A DNA stretch of 63,970 bases, the filler included, from Octopus bimaculoides (Eukaryota): NCBI RefSeq assembly GCF_001194135.2. It is 6 parts of 6 records of this genome, joined end to end, with 100 filler letters (N's around TTAATTAATTAA, not from the genome) between each part and the next. Parts side by side here need not be neighbours in the genome. Positions count along the whole stretch, not along the records: positions 20,679 to 41,283 come from NC_068991.1; 5 more parts are not named here. One strand, given 5' to 3'. Both the position numbers and the translations under genes were made by a program. The notes beneath the pieces are model-generated. The model was given only the letters and a program-made list of their open reading frames with translations, was not told the origin of the DNA and did no database searches. Shown piece after piece: positions 22,616 through 35,877 of this stretch (its first letter is position 1; every line of letters starts with the position of its first letter).

Positions 22616-23829
22616 TTAATGTACTTATATATATATATATNNNNNNNNNNCAGACAGACACACACACACATATATGCGTATACATATATACGTATATATA
22701 TATATTTGTATACATCTATTCATAGTAATCAAATATATACATATATATATATATATATATATGATGTCTGTCTGTGAGTGTGTGTATGTTTGTGTGTGTA
22801 CGTGTGCTTGTGTGTATGTGTAAATGTATATAACCTATCTTGTCAGTCTCGTATTGAACAAAAAATGAATGCCATATTATTTTGCTCTTTAAACTTTATC
22901 ATGCGTATCTTAATTCAATCGATGCTCTTATTCCGATGTTTACCAGAGTCAGTTCCACTTGGCTACTCAACAAAAAATGAAAAATACTCAAGCCATACAG
23001 CATATCGTCGTCTCTTTTTCACCTAAACTAAGGCCTATACAATAAAATCCAGAAGCCCATTAATGCTGCTTCTTCATAATAAATTTGCAGTAAATCTATA
23101 TTTTTAAACTCTGGGAAAGATAAAGGAAACGAACTCCAGGACAATGTTACATTATATATAAAATAAAATAAATCCGAATGTTTACGCTAAATATATCATT
23201 TCTGTGAATAATATATAATTTCTGTGTTCAACTCTGGGCAATTTTATTTAGTATCCAAGTTATTGACATTCATCTTTTTTACCATTTTACTCTATGTTTA
23301 TAGTAAAGCTTATTTATAAAGTATTGTCCCGTAATAACCCATAAGGTTATTCAGATATAACTAAAGACTTAGGATTTTGTATAGTGTATCAAGGGAGGAC
23401 CTATGGCTGTCACGTCACATTGAGTCTTTAATTTGAGGATTTGAGTTCATAACTATAACATTTTGATAGCAGCGAACCGGCAGAATTGTTAGAGTTTTTC
23501 TGTATATCTTCGGAGTCATCACTTTCTGAGTTTAAATTCCACCGGTGTCGACATGGCCTTTTTTCCTCTTTCTAGGTCGATGAAATAAATGCCAATTGAG
23601 CACTGAGTCGATGTAATCGACGTGCCTCCTCTCCTAAAGTTTGCTGTCTTTATACCAAAATTAGAAAGAAAATATATATATTTATAAAGTTTTGAGAAAA
23701 TTTTTGTTTTAATCTGTTCTATAATCATATGTTAGCTTAGCTGTGCGAGACACTTTGCAATGTTGCCGGTTTCGGTTAAATTTTCAGACGTGGGATTACT
23801 TCAATGGACAACAATATATACCCAGTGGT

Positions 23830-24560
23830 CGGATGGGGTGCAGGTTAAATGGTGTGTCATATCGGAAGTGTTCGAAATGAGACATTCAGTCTGCCAAGGG
23901 TGACCCCTCTCACCTATTCTGAGAACCGAATACTGATAGTACTGGTAACTACTGCCCTCTTTATTCAATGAAAAAATATTTACAATAATTAGTAATAATG
24001 TCAGATACCACAGAGGTCGATGTGATCAGTAGCATTCTGAAAGAATACGTGGGGACGCCAGGAGCAACGGTTTACACAGGCAAGTCGGTACCTTGTAGCT
24101 CGTTACATGGAGTGGCATGTACATGTTACAGGTTATCGTCAAGAGAGGCTCGACTAACGGGACCGATTGATTTGCTTTTAATCTACGTCATTCTAATGCT
24201 CTTAGTATTTAAGAATTTGAACTAGATCACGTAGCAATATTTGCACATTAATCAACTAAAGGGGGAGGACACACAAATGGTGGACGTGTACATAATTGCC
24301 CTTTTATGTGGCCACCTGACCATCATGCCTTACTTCAGGTCTCGTCTAACCAAATCGGAGCACGTATGTTTAAACTTTGTACGGAAGGGATGCGTGTTAT
24401 TATAAAGGCGGACCATGTGCTGCAGACATTGTGCGGAGGTTTCGGTATTCTGTGTCTGACGATGTGGAGACGTGTGCTACGACTCTGTGATTCTTGGACT
24501 GTGTGTAGATGTGACCGTGTGTTGTCAGATTTAGTTTTACACATCTCGTCTTTTTGATAG
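23830..24560 (+). mobile_element. L1/Tx1-like LINE RT remnant
   Basis: VQVKW..ISEVFEMRHSVCQG*PLSPIL at 23840-23921 and SDTTEVDVISSILKEY..TPGATV..GKSV. Confidence 0.6.
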
Positions 24561-25656
24561 AACAGCAGTCCTGTGTGAAATGAAGACAAAGACTAAGTGC
24601 TGGGTATCTAGAAATTCACAAGTCATTCAATCATTTCAGTGGAACTTTCGTGTTAGCATTCCATAAAGGTTAGTAGTAAGGTCTGTGCAAACGTAAGAAA
24701 AACAAAACTGGGAACGGGGGCAGACAAAAATGAACTAACCAGTCATCTACAAAAAGCTGATAATATAGAATTCTTAACTTAGTACAAATTTATAGAGAAG
24801 AATGTAGATACTAATTATAATGCGAATTATAAGAATAACAATACTTTCTAATTTTTGGTACACGGCTAGCAATTTTGAGGGAAATGGTACGGCATGCCGG
24901 TTATATCGACTCAAGTACTTCACTGTTTTTTTTTTTAATATTTTCTCTACCCCGCAAGTATGAAATGTAAAGTCGGCCACAACGGAATTTGAACTCAGAA
25001 CATAAAGAGGCGGTAAAGAATTCTGTTCGACCCAATAACGATTCTATCAGCTCCTTGCTTTCAAATTGTTTTAGCGTTTGGTAGAAGACCAATAATTTTA
25101 GGTGGGGGTGTTGGCCGGTACTTGATCGCTAATTCACTTCATCGACCCCGAAAGGATNNNNNNNNNNNNNNNNNNNNNNNNNNNNNNNNNNNNNNNNNNN
25201 NNNNNNNNNNNNNNNNNNNNNNNNNNNNNNNNNNNNNNNNNNNNNNNNNNNNNNNNNNNNNNNNNNNNNNNNNNNNNNNNNNNNNNNNNNNNNNNNNNNN
25301 NNNNNNNNNNNNNNNNNNNNNNNNNNNNNNNNNNNNNNNNNNNNNNNNNNNNNNNNNNNNNNNNNNNNNNNNNNNNNNNNNNNNNNNNNNNNNNNNNNNN
25401 NNNNNNNNNNNNNNNNNNNNNNNNNNNNNNNNNNNNNNNNNNNNNNNNNNNNNNNNNNNNNNNNNNNNNNNNNNNNNNNNNNNNNNNNNNNNNNNNNNNN
25501 NNNNNNNNNNNNNNNNNNNNNNNNNNNNNNNNNNNNNNNNNNNNNNNNNNNNNNNNNNNNNNNNNNNNNNNNNNNNNNNNNNNNNNNNNNNNNNNNNNNN
25601 NNNNNNNNNNNNNNNNNNNNNNNNNNNNNNNNNNNNNNNNNNNNNNNNNNNNNNNN

Positions 25657-25705
<49 letters not shown>

Positions 25706-26370
25706 ATGTATGTATATATATGTATATATGTATGTATCTGTGTGTTCAAGTATGTATATGTATACGTATTTGTGTAAAAGACATTGCTGGCTCTAGTGAA
25801 AACCTGTTTGCAATAAAGCAGATAATAGATTTCATGGCACTCATTTCACTTGTTTCATTTCACTTGAATGATGTGTATTGTTCGTGTCGTATGCAGAGGT
25901 TTTGCATGCTTTATTACAGCCTCGGCTATTACAATGGCTACCTGGTTGTTATTGCAATCAGTGGACGTATCTTAGACACTTGTACGTGCATTTCCACTAC
26001 AGAGCAGCGTAGAGAAGCAGGCGACGTTACATTATTTCGAAGACTGATATAAATAAATATATAAATAAATAAGGTATTTACTGCTAGTCGTTAACACTAA
26101 TGGTAATACATTCCGAACACTTGATGTTGCTTAAATACTTATCACTTTGTTTTATTTTGTTTTTATTGTTATTTTTTTCTTCCTATCTGCTTCATCTCAT
26201 ACACATTGTCTATTATATGCAACAGTGGTCAACGCATTATCTACCCAGATTTATACACGTTTACATACATACATACATACATACATACGTGCATATATGT
26301 GTGTATGAATGTGTGTGAATGTGTTTGTGTGTGTGAGTGTATATGTATGCGTGTGTATGTGTGTATATGT

Positions 26371-26690
26371 ACTAGCAATGCACCCCGGCGTTGCCCGGGT
26401 GTTCTAACCTACAGCCACTTTTTATTATTTGTTTCTTTCTTATGGGCAGAATCAGCACACGGGGAGTGTGAAGCAAACGACTCTTCTTTATAAACATGTT
26501 TTTCGGTCATTTTGTGATAACAATGCTGAAATTTTTGACACCAAAAACATGTAGAATGGCAGCTTACATTAGAATGAAATCCTAACATTGCCCCAAAATG
26601 ACCCAGACTTACCGATTTAAAGAACTGGATGACATATGTAGACATAGCGGTATCCGTATTGCAGACAGTAAGGTACATGGAAAGAAAGTT
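26371..26690 (+). mobile_element. Possible Helitron-like non-autonomous element (5' end)
   Basis: actagcaatgcaccccggcgttgcccgggt resembles ACTAG...CCCGG...CCGGG termini. The 3' limit is uncertain. Confidence 0.4.
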
Positions 26691-26869
26691 GCTTCAGTAT
26701 GAAAAGCGTCATCTCTGTAATGTTTGGGGAGAATGCACACTTCAACTTATATTAAGTGAAGCCGACAATGCTTCTGGGTAAACTATCTTTTGCGTAAGTC
26801 CAGTGTTGGTAGAATAACTATACAAGTCATCTACACTGCTAACTCGTTTAGGCTTTGGAAACTATCAAT

Positions 26870-27590
26870 GAGTTGCTTTGTTAGCAACTGCAGGGAAGAC
26901 CCTGGCTCTTGGTGTGAAAAAGGATTAAAGCAGGTTGCTGAGAAGGCCCTTCCCGAAACGTGAACTTGTTTCAGAGCATTACATGGAAATATAGATATGA
27001 TTTTTGCCATGCAAAACTGGAAGAGAAGTGTCGTGAATAACTTCAACATTTGCTCATGGAATTTATTGGTCTTACTAAGGCTTTCGACTCAGTTTCGAGA
27101 GAACTCCTGTGGAACATCTTATCCATCTACGGTGCCTGATAAATACATTCGGATGCTTCGTCTTCTCCATAAAGAACTTCATTGAAGTTCTCATCATCTT
27201 GAAACAGTTGTGATGAATTGATCAGGATGCAAAACAACCGTCTACCGAAGCAGATTTTCAACTCCCAACTAAAAGAAGGAACACAAACAAAAAGAGGGTA
27301 AAAGAAAATATACATAGATGTCCTGAAAGCCAACTTCGTGAAGTATAATATTGACATCGACGATTAAGAGAGAAATGTTCAAGATCAAGAACGCTGGAAA
27401 TCCATCATAAAAGATGGACAAAGAACTCTTCAGTCCGGTAGGACTGCTTGAATAAAGGAAAAGAGGAGATGCAGAAAAACATAGACAAGAACAACGAAGA
27501 AGGGACCTTTCATCCGATATCACCTGTCCCGCTTGTGGAAGTAACTTCCAAGCTAGAACCGGATTTATCAGTTGCATCACATTCTATTAA
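26870..27590 (+). mobile_element. RTE (BovB-like) LINE remnant with internal deletion
   Basis: LLATAGKTLA...DMIFAMQ..EEKCRE...LTKAFDSVSRELLW, joined to C-terminal RLPKQIF..QLKEG and CPACG. Confidence 0.85.
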
Positions 27591-27932
27591 TAGTTATTAA
27601 AAAAAGACCATCATCTTCGATGTCGAGGGATAGCCATGACGACGATATTTTGTTTCATGCTACTCTGAGTTCCGTGCTACTCATGGTCCTGCGAACACTG
27701 CACCAGACTGACACAGTCCAAATAATAGTCTCAACTATATCATTGAGTATTCTCTCCTCACAGTGAACATTAAGCCCACATATATACATACGTGTATACA
27801 TACATGCATACATACAAACATACATGCATATGTTCATATATATATATTCGTGTATTCTTTCTCTTTCTCTCTTTCTCTATATATGTATATATACATACAT
27901 ATGCACGTATCTATATACACACTCGCACCCCC

Positions 27933-27966
<34 letters not shown>

Positions 27967-28532
27967 TGGTCAACAATATAGTAATATTTAATGATATTCT
28001 GTTTATGATCCTTAACTTAGTATAACGTTTATCATATTTGTTCTATCTATTTATTTTTCATATTCCTGTTATTTGTAATTGGTAAACATAACACTTTGAA
28101 TCTGTATACTATTTTGAAATGGGAGTCACCAGTAATCAAGGTAATCAAAGTAGATGAAGCGTGAGTTGCTGCAATAACGTCGGCATAGTGATGTATTTAT
28201 AACCAAGAACGTCGAACAGTTTCCAGATAAGTTTAGTTTAGTTTCCTAAGTAGGTTAATACTACCATTGCAAGCAAACAAAGTACATTCTTAACAGCTTG
28301 CAAAACGTTGTTCAAGCTATCTAATGGAATTCTTATACAATAAACTTCTAACATTACTTTCCTTTAATTTAGTTAATACAATCATCATACGACTTAGATT
28401 GAAAAGTTGTGTATATGTTAGTTAATATAATTGTTATATGATTGTAATACATATAACTTTCATAGTGAAATAAGTTAGATTGAAGACGTTATTTAAGTAG
28501 CTTGCATCTTTGTGTAATAGCTACTTAATATA

Positions 28533-28922
28533 ATTACCTCCGCCTTAGCGAAGGCGGAGGTATTGTTTTTAGTTGTATTTGTTTTTAGTTGTACTTGTTT
28601 GCTTGTTTCTCCGTGGACAAGATATCTCAAGAACCCCTGGATGGATTCGGATGAAACTTTCAGGGATGTTTGGCCTCGTGACCGGTACAAACGAGTTTCA
28701 TTTTGGGATTGATCCGGTAGCGGACAAGGATTCTGGATTATTTTTCCTTTTTTTTTTTACTTAATTTTTGAGAACGGTTGGGTTCATTTTCAGTATTCTC
28801 GTTTGTGAGAGCAGTCGAGTATATTTCAGATAATCTCATTTTAAAGACCATTTCCGGTTAGTCGTTGAGAGGACGTTGGTGTTGCCTTGGTGGAGGTTTG
28901 CGCTCTCTAAATACGCTTGTTA
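28533..28922 (+). mobile_element. Helentron-associated (HINE/DINE-1-like) non-autonomous element
   Basis: 5' perfect hairpin tacctccgcctt-agcg-aaggcggaggta, gttt-rich core, and 3' subterminal inverted repeat ccttggtggaggt (28885-28897). Confidence 0.65.
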
Positions 28923-30878
28923 TTATATGAAATGCATATATAATTCCCTTGCAATGCATATATAAATTGGATGTGTAAAATTATATAACTAGGTCGCAAT
29001 GTTTATATCATTTACCTGCAATATTGTGCAGCAAAATGACGCAGTTGTCCGTCTTTACGTTCTGAGTTCAAATTCATACGTTCTGAGTTCGAATTCCACT
29101 GCTGTAGGCTTTGCATTTCATTCTTTCAGGATCGAAAAAATAAATACCAATCGAGCACTGAAGTCAATGTAAACGACAAACCACTTCCTCCAAATCTGTT
29201 TGCCTTCTGTCAAAATTTGAAACCAATATCTTGCTGATGATGGCTATTATAAATCCTTTATAACTTCTCTACTAGGATTTTAATAAAACTAATTATTGGA
29301 AGAAGATGATGGTACACTGCCGACCATTGTTAGATTCATTAAGGAGGAAATTTCAAAGATGACGCAACGTTACACGTAAAGAACATAGAGACAGGTACTT
29401 GTAGCACAATGAAACTGGAAACTTATAGACCCAATTACATTACACATGTATGCATGCATACATGCATATATAATGAAATGTACAAAATTGACGTACTCTG
29501 AGGGAATTCGAAGGTGTAACGTAATTCAAGGGTAAAGTAATCTAGTGTATGAAAATGCAAGAATTAAGTACTGCAAATAAACATCAACCACACACACACA
29601 CACACACACAAACACATACACACACATACACACACACGCACAAACACACATGCACATATTTGCATGTGTGTGTGTGTGTGTGTGTGTGTTTGATAGTATG
29701 AAAATATTGGGTTGAGGGTTAAAAACACCTTTGGATAGAAAAGTCGAGAGCTGCTTGCGGATTCGAGCCCACATCTTCTGTAAGCATGATATACTTTCTA
29801 CCATCGGATCGAAGCAATCTTTCGACTTTTTCTATGCATTTTAGAAATTTTGTTCTTACTACCGAGAATTTTATGTTGTTTACGTCACAAGAATTCAGAT
29901 GTTCCGTAAGAGTGTGAAATAATTAGTTTTTAACGATTGAACTCGAAGTAGACACAGCTATAAATAATCGCGTGTAAACAAAGTGTTAAAAACCCCCTTC
30001 CGATAGAAAAAGTTGACGGTTGTCTAGGAACTCGAACCAACATTTTCAGCAAGCATGATAGACATTATACCACTGGACCTAACTAATCCTTCGAACATTT
30101 TCTTATTCAGTTTGGGTTGTTTAAATAAGATATTAGCAATATGTAGTACATAGGAGAATCCATTGGATGGGCCCTATTATCGATTTTTTTTCAAAAATCT
30201 AAGTGTACCACGAGGTTTCCTGATATGAGTTCTATTCACGTGTCAAATAAAGTAAAAAAGTGATATTGTCAGCAAAAATAAGAAATTGGACACAAAAAAT
30301 CAATATTCAGAGTAATCGAACATAAACAATGAAATGAGTTATTTCCCTTGAGTGTTTAAAAATATATTGCGCAGGTGCTATGGATTATTACCCTTGGGTG
30401 TTTAAAAAGTAGTTATATGAGGTAGATATAAAGTCCCTTCCAGGGGCCGTATTATCGATTTTTTCCAACAATCTAAGTATGTAACGAGGTTTCCAGACAT
30501 GAGTTCTACTCACGTGTTAAGTTTCATCAAAATCAATGAAATGATGTCGGAGCAGTTAGATAACAACGCCACAAACAAACACACACCGATTTTCCACATA
30601 TGGAGTAGATACAAACTTACACAAACACACAAGCACGCGTGCACACACACACACACACACACACNNNNNNNNNNNNNNNNNNNNNNNNNNNNNNNNNNNN
30701 NNNNNNNNNNNNNNNNNNNNNNNNNNNNNNNNNNNNNNNNNNNNNNNNNNNNNNNNNNNNNNNNNNNNNNNNNNNNNNNNNNNNNNNNNNNNNNNNNNNN
30801 NNNNNNNNNNNNNNNNNNNNNNNNNNNNNNNNNNNNNNNNNNNNNNNNNNNNNNNNNNNNNNNNNNNNNNNNNNNNNN

Positions 30879-30933
<55 letters not shown>

Positions 30934-31439
30934 GTATATATATATATGGGAGGGGGTGACAATGTGAGTATGTGTTTGCGTGTGAGTGGATATACATATC
31001 AATGTATGTGTGTAAGTACATATGCGTGTTTCTATATCCACATCTTTGTAAATCTTTGTAAATATACACATAAATATGCTTATGTAAACAGACACGCACG
31101 TGCACACATGCAAACGCACACACATGCATATGTAGGTTTTTTGCATATAGGTAAAATTTCAAAATATAAGTACATGTATATATACTCAATCAACAGAAGT
31201 TACTGCGTGACTGAAAGGCAGGAAAACTCTCACACGCACGAAGCTTTCGGCCTCTCACTCGGTTTTAACTTAAGCCTATCAAAAATTTTATATACAGGTG
31301 TGGTTGTGTGGTAAGAAGTTTGCCTCCCAACCACATGCTTCTGCGTTCAGTCCCACTGCGGGGCACCTTGACAAGTATCTTCTGCTATAGCCTCAGTTCG
31401 ATTTGGTAGACGGAAGCTGAAAGAAGCCCGTCGTATGTA

Positions 31440-31866
31440 TTATGTATCTTTTAACTTTTGATTACTGGAAATCTGCTACTGAGGAGGCTCTATATTTGGG
31501 ATGGAGTTAAAACAGGCAAATTCACATTTGGAACTTGAAAAAAGTCTTGCATATTTTTACTGTTCCGCTTAGAGATTGCACTTGTAATGTACGAATTAGC
31601 CGGTCGATTTCTCTTTCTGAAAATCCCAGTTTATCCAGATTTGTCTTTAAGCATTTACTAACAAAACCTAGTGCTCCAATTTTAATTGGTATGAGTATGA
31701 ATTCATAGTCTGGATAAAGAAGCTGGAGGTTTCGAAGCAGTTGTCCATTGATATATCCTCTTCTTCTTTGATTTTCAAAGAGATATTTATATCTGCAGGG
31801 CAGCTGACCTCTATGACGGTACATAACTTTGTCCCTCTGTACATCGACGTATATAAACATTTTCAT
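31440..31866 (-). mobile_element. RLE-type non-LTR element C-terminal fragment
   Basis: Frameshifted TVIEVSCPADINISLKIKE, then GQLLRNLQLLYPDYEF..IPI.IGALG...LQ..SLSGTVKICKTF. Confidence 0.8.
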
Positions 31867-31964
31867 ATCTGCCTAAACCTATGTATAAACACATAGAACT
31901 GAATCAATCGTTTTGATATAATCATACACATACACACATACACACACACACACACAACCAAAAG

Positions 31965-32430
31965 CGCAGGCGTGGTTGTGAGAAATTTGCTTCCCAGCCA
32001 CATGGTTCCGGGTCTAGTCCTCTCTGTGTGGCACCTTAGACAATTGTCTCCTAGTATATCCTCGGGGTGACTTAAGTCTTGTGAGTGGAGTTGATGGACG
32101 GAAGCTGAACGACGCCCATCGTAAATATATGTTTGTGCTTGTCTTTGTGTGTGCATGTGTGTGTTTGAGCGTGCATACGTGCGTGTATGTGTGTTTCTCT
32201 GTGTGTGAGTGTGTGCGTTTGGGCGGGCGTGTGTGTGTGTTCTGTTTGTCTCTCACCACCACTTGACAACCGATGTTGGTGTGTTTATGCCATATAACTT
32301 AGCGGCATAAAACAAAACAGATCGATAGAATAAGTACGGTCTTTTAAAGTAAATACTGTGGTATATTTATTCCACTAAAAGTTCCCCAACGCAATGCCGT
32401 AGCGTCTCTGCAGTCTAATGCTTGAAACAA
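31965..32430 (+). mobile_element. SINE family B (diverged, full length)
   Basis: gcgcaggcgtggttgtgagaaatttgcttccc...ttgacaaccgatgttgg...gaaacaagtaaaaga. Further copies or heads at about 13575, 21720, 31295, 36200, 43250, 46625 and 50693. Confidence 0.8.
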
Positions 32431-32443
32431 GTAAAAGATAAGT

Positions 32444-32487
<44 letters not shown>

Positions 32488-33149
32488 TATGTATATTTAT
32501 CCACATATAAACCAACATATGCTTATATATACACATACTTGTTTACAGTAAATGATGGGCAGTTGAGTATGTGTAAGTTGAGAGGACGAAATATTGCGAT
32601 AAGTGTATGAGCGGATGTAGGAGATAAGAGGGGAGTGGTTGATGGTAACGAAAATATCGAGTAGAACTGAGAGAATATTTTGGCGTCAACAAAGCCCGAT
32701 GAACAGATTATGGAAAACTTAGCAGCTAACAGCTGTTGCCACTGAAATAGCTGTTTTAATACTGAGGTCTGTTCATTCCATCTTCTTTTCTTATAAATTT
32801 ATGTCTTATGAACTCATAGTTGTCTGTTTGAGTAACACCCTATAGCTTCATCTTAGCTCCAAACATGAACTACGAGTGCATTGCCTCTGGTAGCAGAAAC
32901 AGATGCAAACTAATGAATTTCTTAACTGTAGTTTATTCGTTTGTCATCCCGAATTTCATATTAGTGCTGTGTACTCGCTTGACGAGTCATTCTGAAGCAT
33001 ATTTATATTGAGTTCTAATACCAGGTTATTACTATTACAATGCTTAATCTAAATAATATATATAAGTACTACAATGAAGCTATAGCTGCCATCGGTTTCA
33101 AGGATAGAATTAGTTACCCTCCAGAACCTAATCCCTCCAAAAGAAAGCC

Positions 33150-33705
33150 CCACCGGAAAGTGTAGTTGTTCACACTGCCCTTCTCTTTAACTGTTAAAAC
33201 TCGAGTAGGTAAGATTTTCCCCCGTACGGATAGGTTCAATAAAATATTCAATAGGCATACCCACAGCTGATACAGCGGTATGATGCTCATGTAGGGGTAA
33301 TACAACATGTCAGCTGAACGACTATTGTAACACTTGACAGCCATAAGAAAACAAAACGGGCGAAAGAAGCGGGAGCAACTGAAGGCACCTTCAGAACCCA
33401 GTATAACAACCACAAGTCCTCCTTCAACATCTCGGAGAGAAGTAACGCTACCACCCAGGCCAAGTACGTATGGTCTTTGGAAGAAAGCCCTACCGAGTAA
33501 AGTATAAAGTGGAATATTCTGGAGAAATGTAAAGCGTACTTCAATAGCAACAGGAAGTGCAGGTTATGCCTGGCTGCGAAAAGAGCAATTTTACAGAGCA
33601 CCCAACACTTAGGCAGTGTTGTGAATAACAGAATTGAAAGTTTTAATCTTTGCCCACAAGAAAGGAAGTACATCCTATCATACCTGCGTGTCCCATCATA
33701 ACTAT
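33150..33705 (+). mobile_element. Penelope-like element linker and GIY-YIG C-terminal remnant
   Basis: PFSLTVKTRVGKIF...KIFNRHT..YS, then YNNHKSSF...KYVWSL...IKWNILEKCKAYFNSNRKCRLCL..K..IL, with stops and deletions. Confidence 0.75.
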
Positions 33706-34973
33706 AATCACCTGTCCCCCAATTTCGGCCCTCTGCCAATACTCGGGATTCCGACAAAGAGTTTACACACACTAACACCTACGCCCCAACACAGCGAACA
33801 CCTACCCGGTACACTTTTCCCACACACCCCACATATTGTAACCCTACACACCACATGCGCACATAAATGCCCCCAGAAATTTAACCAATACATAAAAGAA
33901 AAAAACACACAAACGAACACAGATGTGCTTGCCCAGACCTCCCTGCAAAAGATTATACATATAGTACTACTGCACACATTCCATTTTCACAAGTACACCA
34001 ACCTTAAAGACGCACATTTCCCACGGCCTTTTCCAGAAATCTCTTACCGACTTGCAACATAACCATCTTCAGTGGTGATATTTTCGCACCAAGGGATATA
34101 GCTCTTAACTGAACCTCCTGCTCAATTCGTTCCATCATCATTTTCACAGCAACCACAAATCGGCCGTGTCTATTCACTTCCAACAATAGAGAACAGTCGT
34201 CAGATTTCATTCCATAATGGTTACCTCTGACGAGCGCCGAGTTACATAATTGGACTGTTACTTCACACTCCGTTGAATTCCTTGCATGAAACCGATCGGT
34301 AAGATCGGCTGTAATGGGTATATAATACTGTGCACTTCGATTAGTATATATATGCACACACACACATACACACATATATGACACTGAATAAGGATAAAAG
34401 GCAAAGTAGACTCTTGTGAGATTATAGCTGGGAATGTAAATCTAAGTACAAACACCATTATTTTTACAATACATCAAATTTATAAATTTCGTGGGTAGAG
34501 TATAGATCAACTGAAAATGTACTGAAAAACTTGCTAAGGTTTTGGCACTTTGTATACTTTGAGGGGTACTAATTTCTATCCACTGTCCAAACACTCAACA
34601 AGTAACTTACTAGTGGATCTAATATTAAGTAAATTGAGAATAAATGTCGTTTCCTGGGATTTTGTATTCGATTCGGCTACTTAATTGGCAATATTCTCAA
34701 TTAACAAGGAACACCTACATCTGATCACTCGTCCTGCTTGATATATTAGCTAATTTTTTTCTCAACTGATATTATACACTGTTTAAAGAATATAACACAT
34801 TAACTAATGTAGGCCAAGGTAAACAACGACTAAACCTGTAAAAGACAAGATGATCAAGAGTAGAGCGCTTTCAGTGGGGTTAAGAATATCATTTGAGTAT
34901 TGGGTTCGATGTAATAGACTAACATCCTCACACTAAAATCGGAGACCTTGTGTCAGGATTTGAAATAATTATG

Positions 34974-35033
34974 GTTCTAGGCCCAGTTCTAGGCCCAGTT
35001 CTAGGCCCAGTTCTGGGCCCAGTTCTAGGCCCA
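34974..35033. repeat. 12-bp minisatellite (gttctaggccca) x5
   Basis: Five head-to-tail units with one substitution in unit 4. Confidence 0.95.
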
Positions 35034-35825
35034 AGAATGAAATGCTCAGCTAATTTCTATGTAAAGTACTTCGCATTTCCCTCGAGTCAGTTGTCTTAGA
35101 ATAAAAAGATCTATATTTTCTATTTTTCAAATAAATATTACAAATTCCTTGTTTGTGGTAGGTGTTATTTATCTCATCTAAGTGATTTAATTAGTGTTAT
35201 TCTGTCGTCCACTTCTCTGAAAATGACCACAGGAGAAACATATTGTGACGTAGCGGAGGTGGGAGATAATCAAAAACTATTGTAATTTATTTTGTTTTAA
35301 TTTCCATAAAAGTTTATTTAAAAAGCACACACACACACAGACAAGCGCGCACATAGCACTTAAATAAATGAACACGAAACACATATACGTAGGTTGTCAT
35401 CAGACAATAAATTAATAAAAACAAATCAAAAGAATAATTGTTCGATTGAGAGTGATATTTTAATTGCTACCAAACAGCTAATTAATTTTGCCTATATTAT
35501 GTTAGCTTCCTTCTTTGACGGAACACAATACAGCGAGGTTTATGCATGCAGGCGAGTATCTTCTGTTTGTCTTTAAATATTGCATGCAAAAAGTCGTGTT
35601 TATGCCTTCAGGTTAATTACCTTATAAATATTTCCACCAACAAAGAGTAATTAACCTTTCATTTCGAACAGTAATTATCTTTCTGAGATAATCTGAACAA
35701 ATCTGCTTTTCATATGAGTCACTGTTTTCCTTAAAAGACAAACTTTGTAAAACGTCTCTCTATTTATTCCATTATCTATTTCTGTTTTTAAATTTATTTT
35801 CCTTGTACTCTTGTAAATGACATAT

Positions 35826-35877
<52 letters not shown>

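Noticed and set aside
29740-30085. Functional tRNA genes
   Set aside because: The anticodon and acceptor stems do not pair properly, so it is kept only as a tRNA-derived repeat.
33265-33275. In-frame TGA in the PLE remnant as selenocysteine
   Set aside because: It falls at a position expected to be Ser rather than Cys, and the fragment has many other stops and frameshifts.
34974-35033. CRISPR-like array
   Set aside because: Contiguous 12-bp units with no spacers, in a eukaryotic context.
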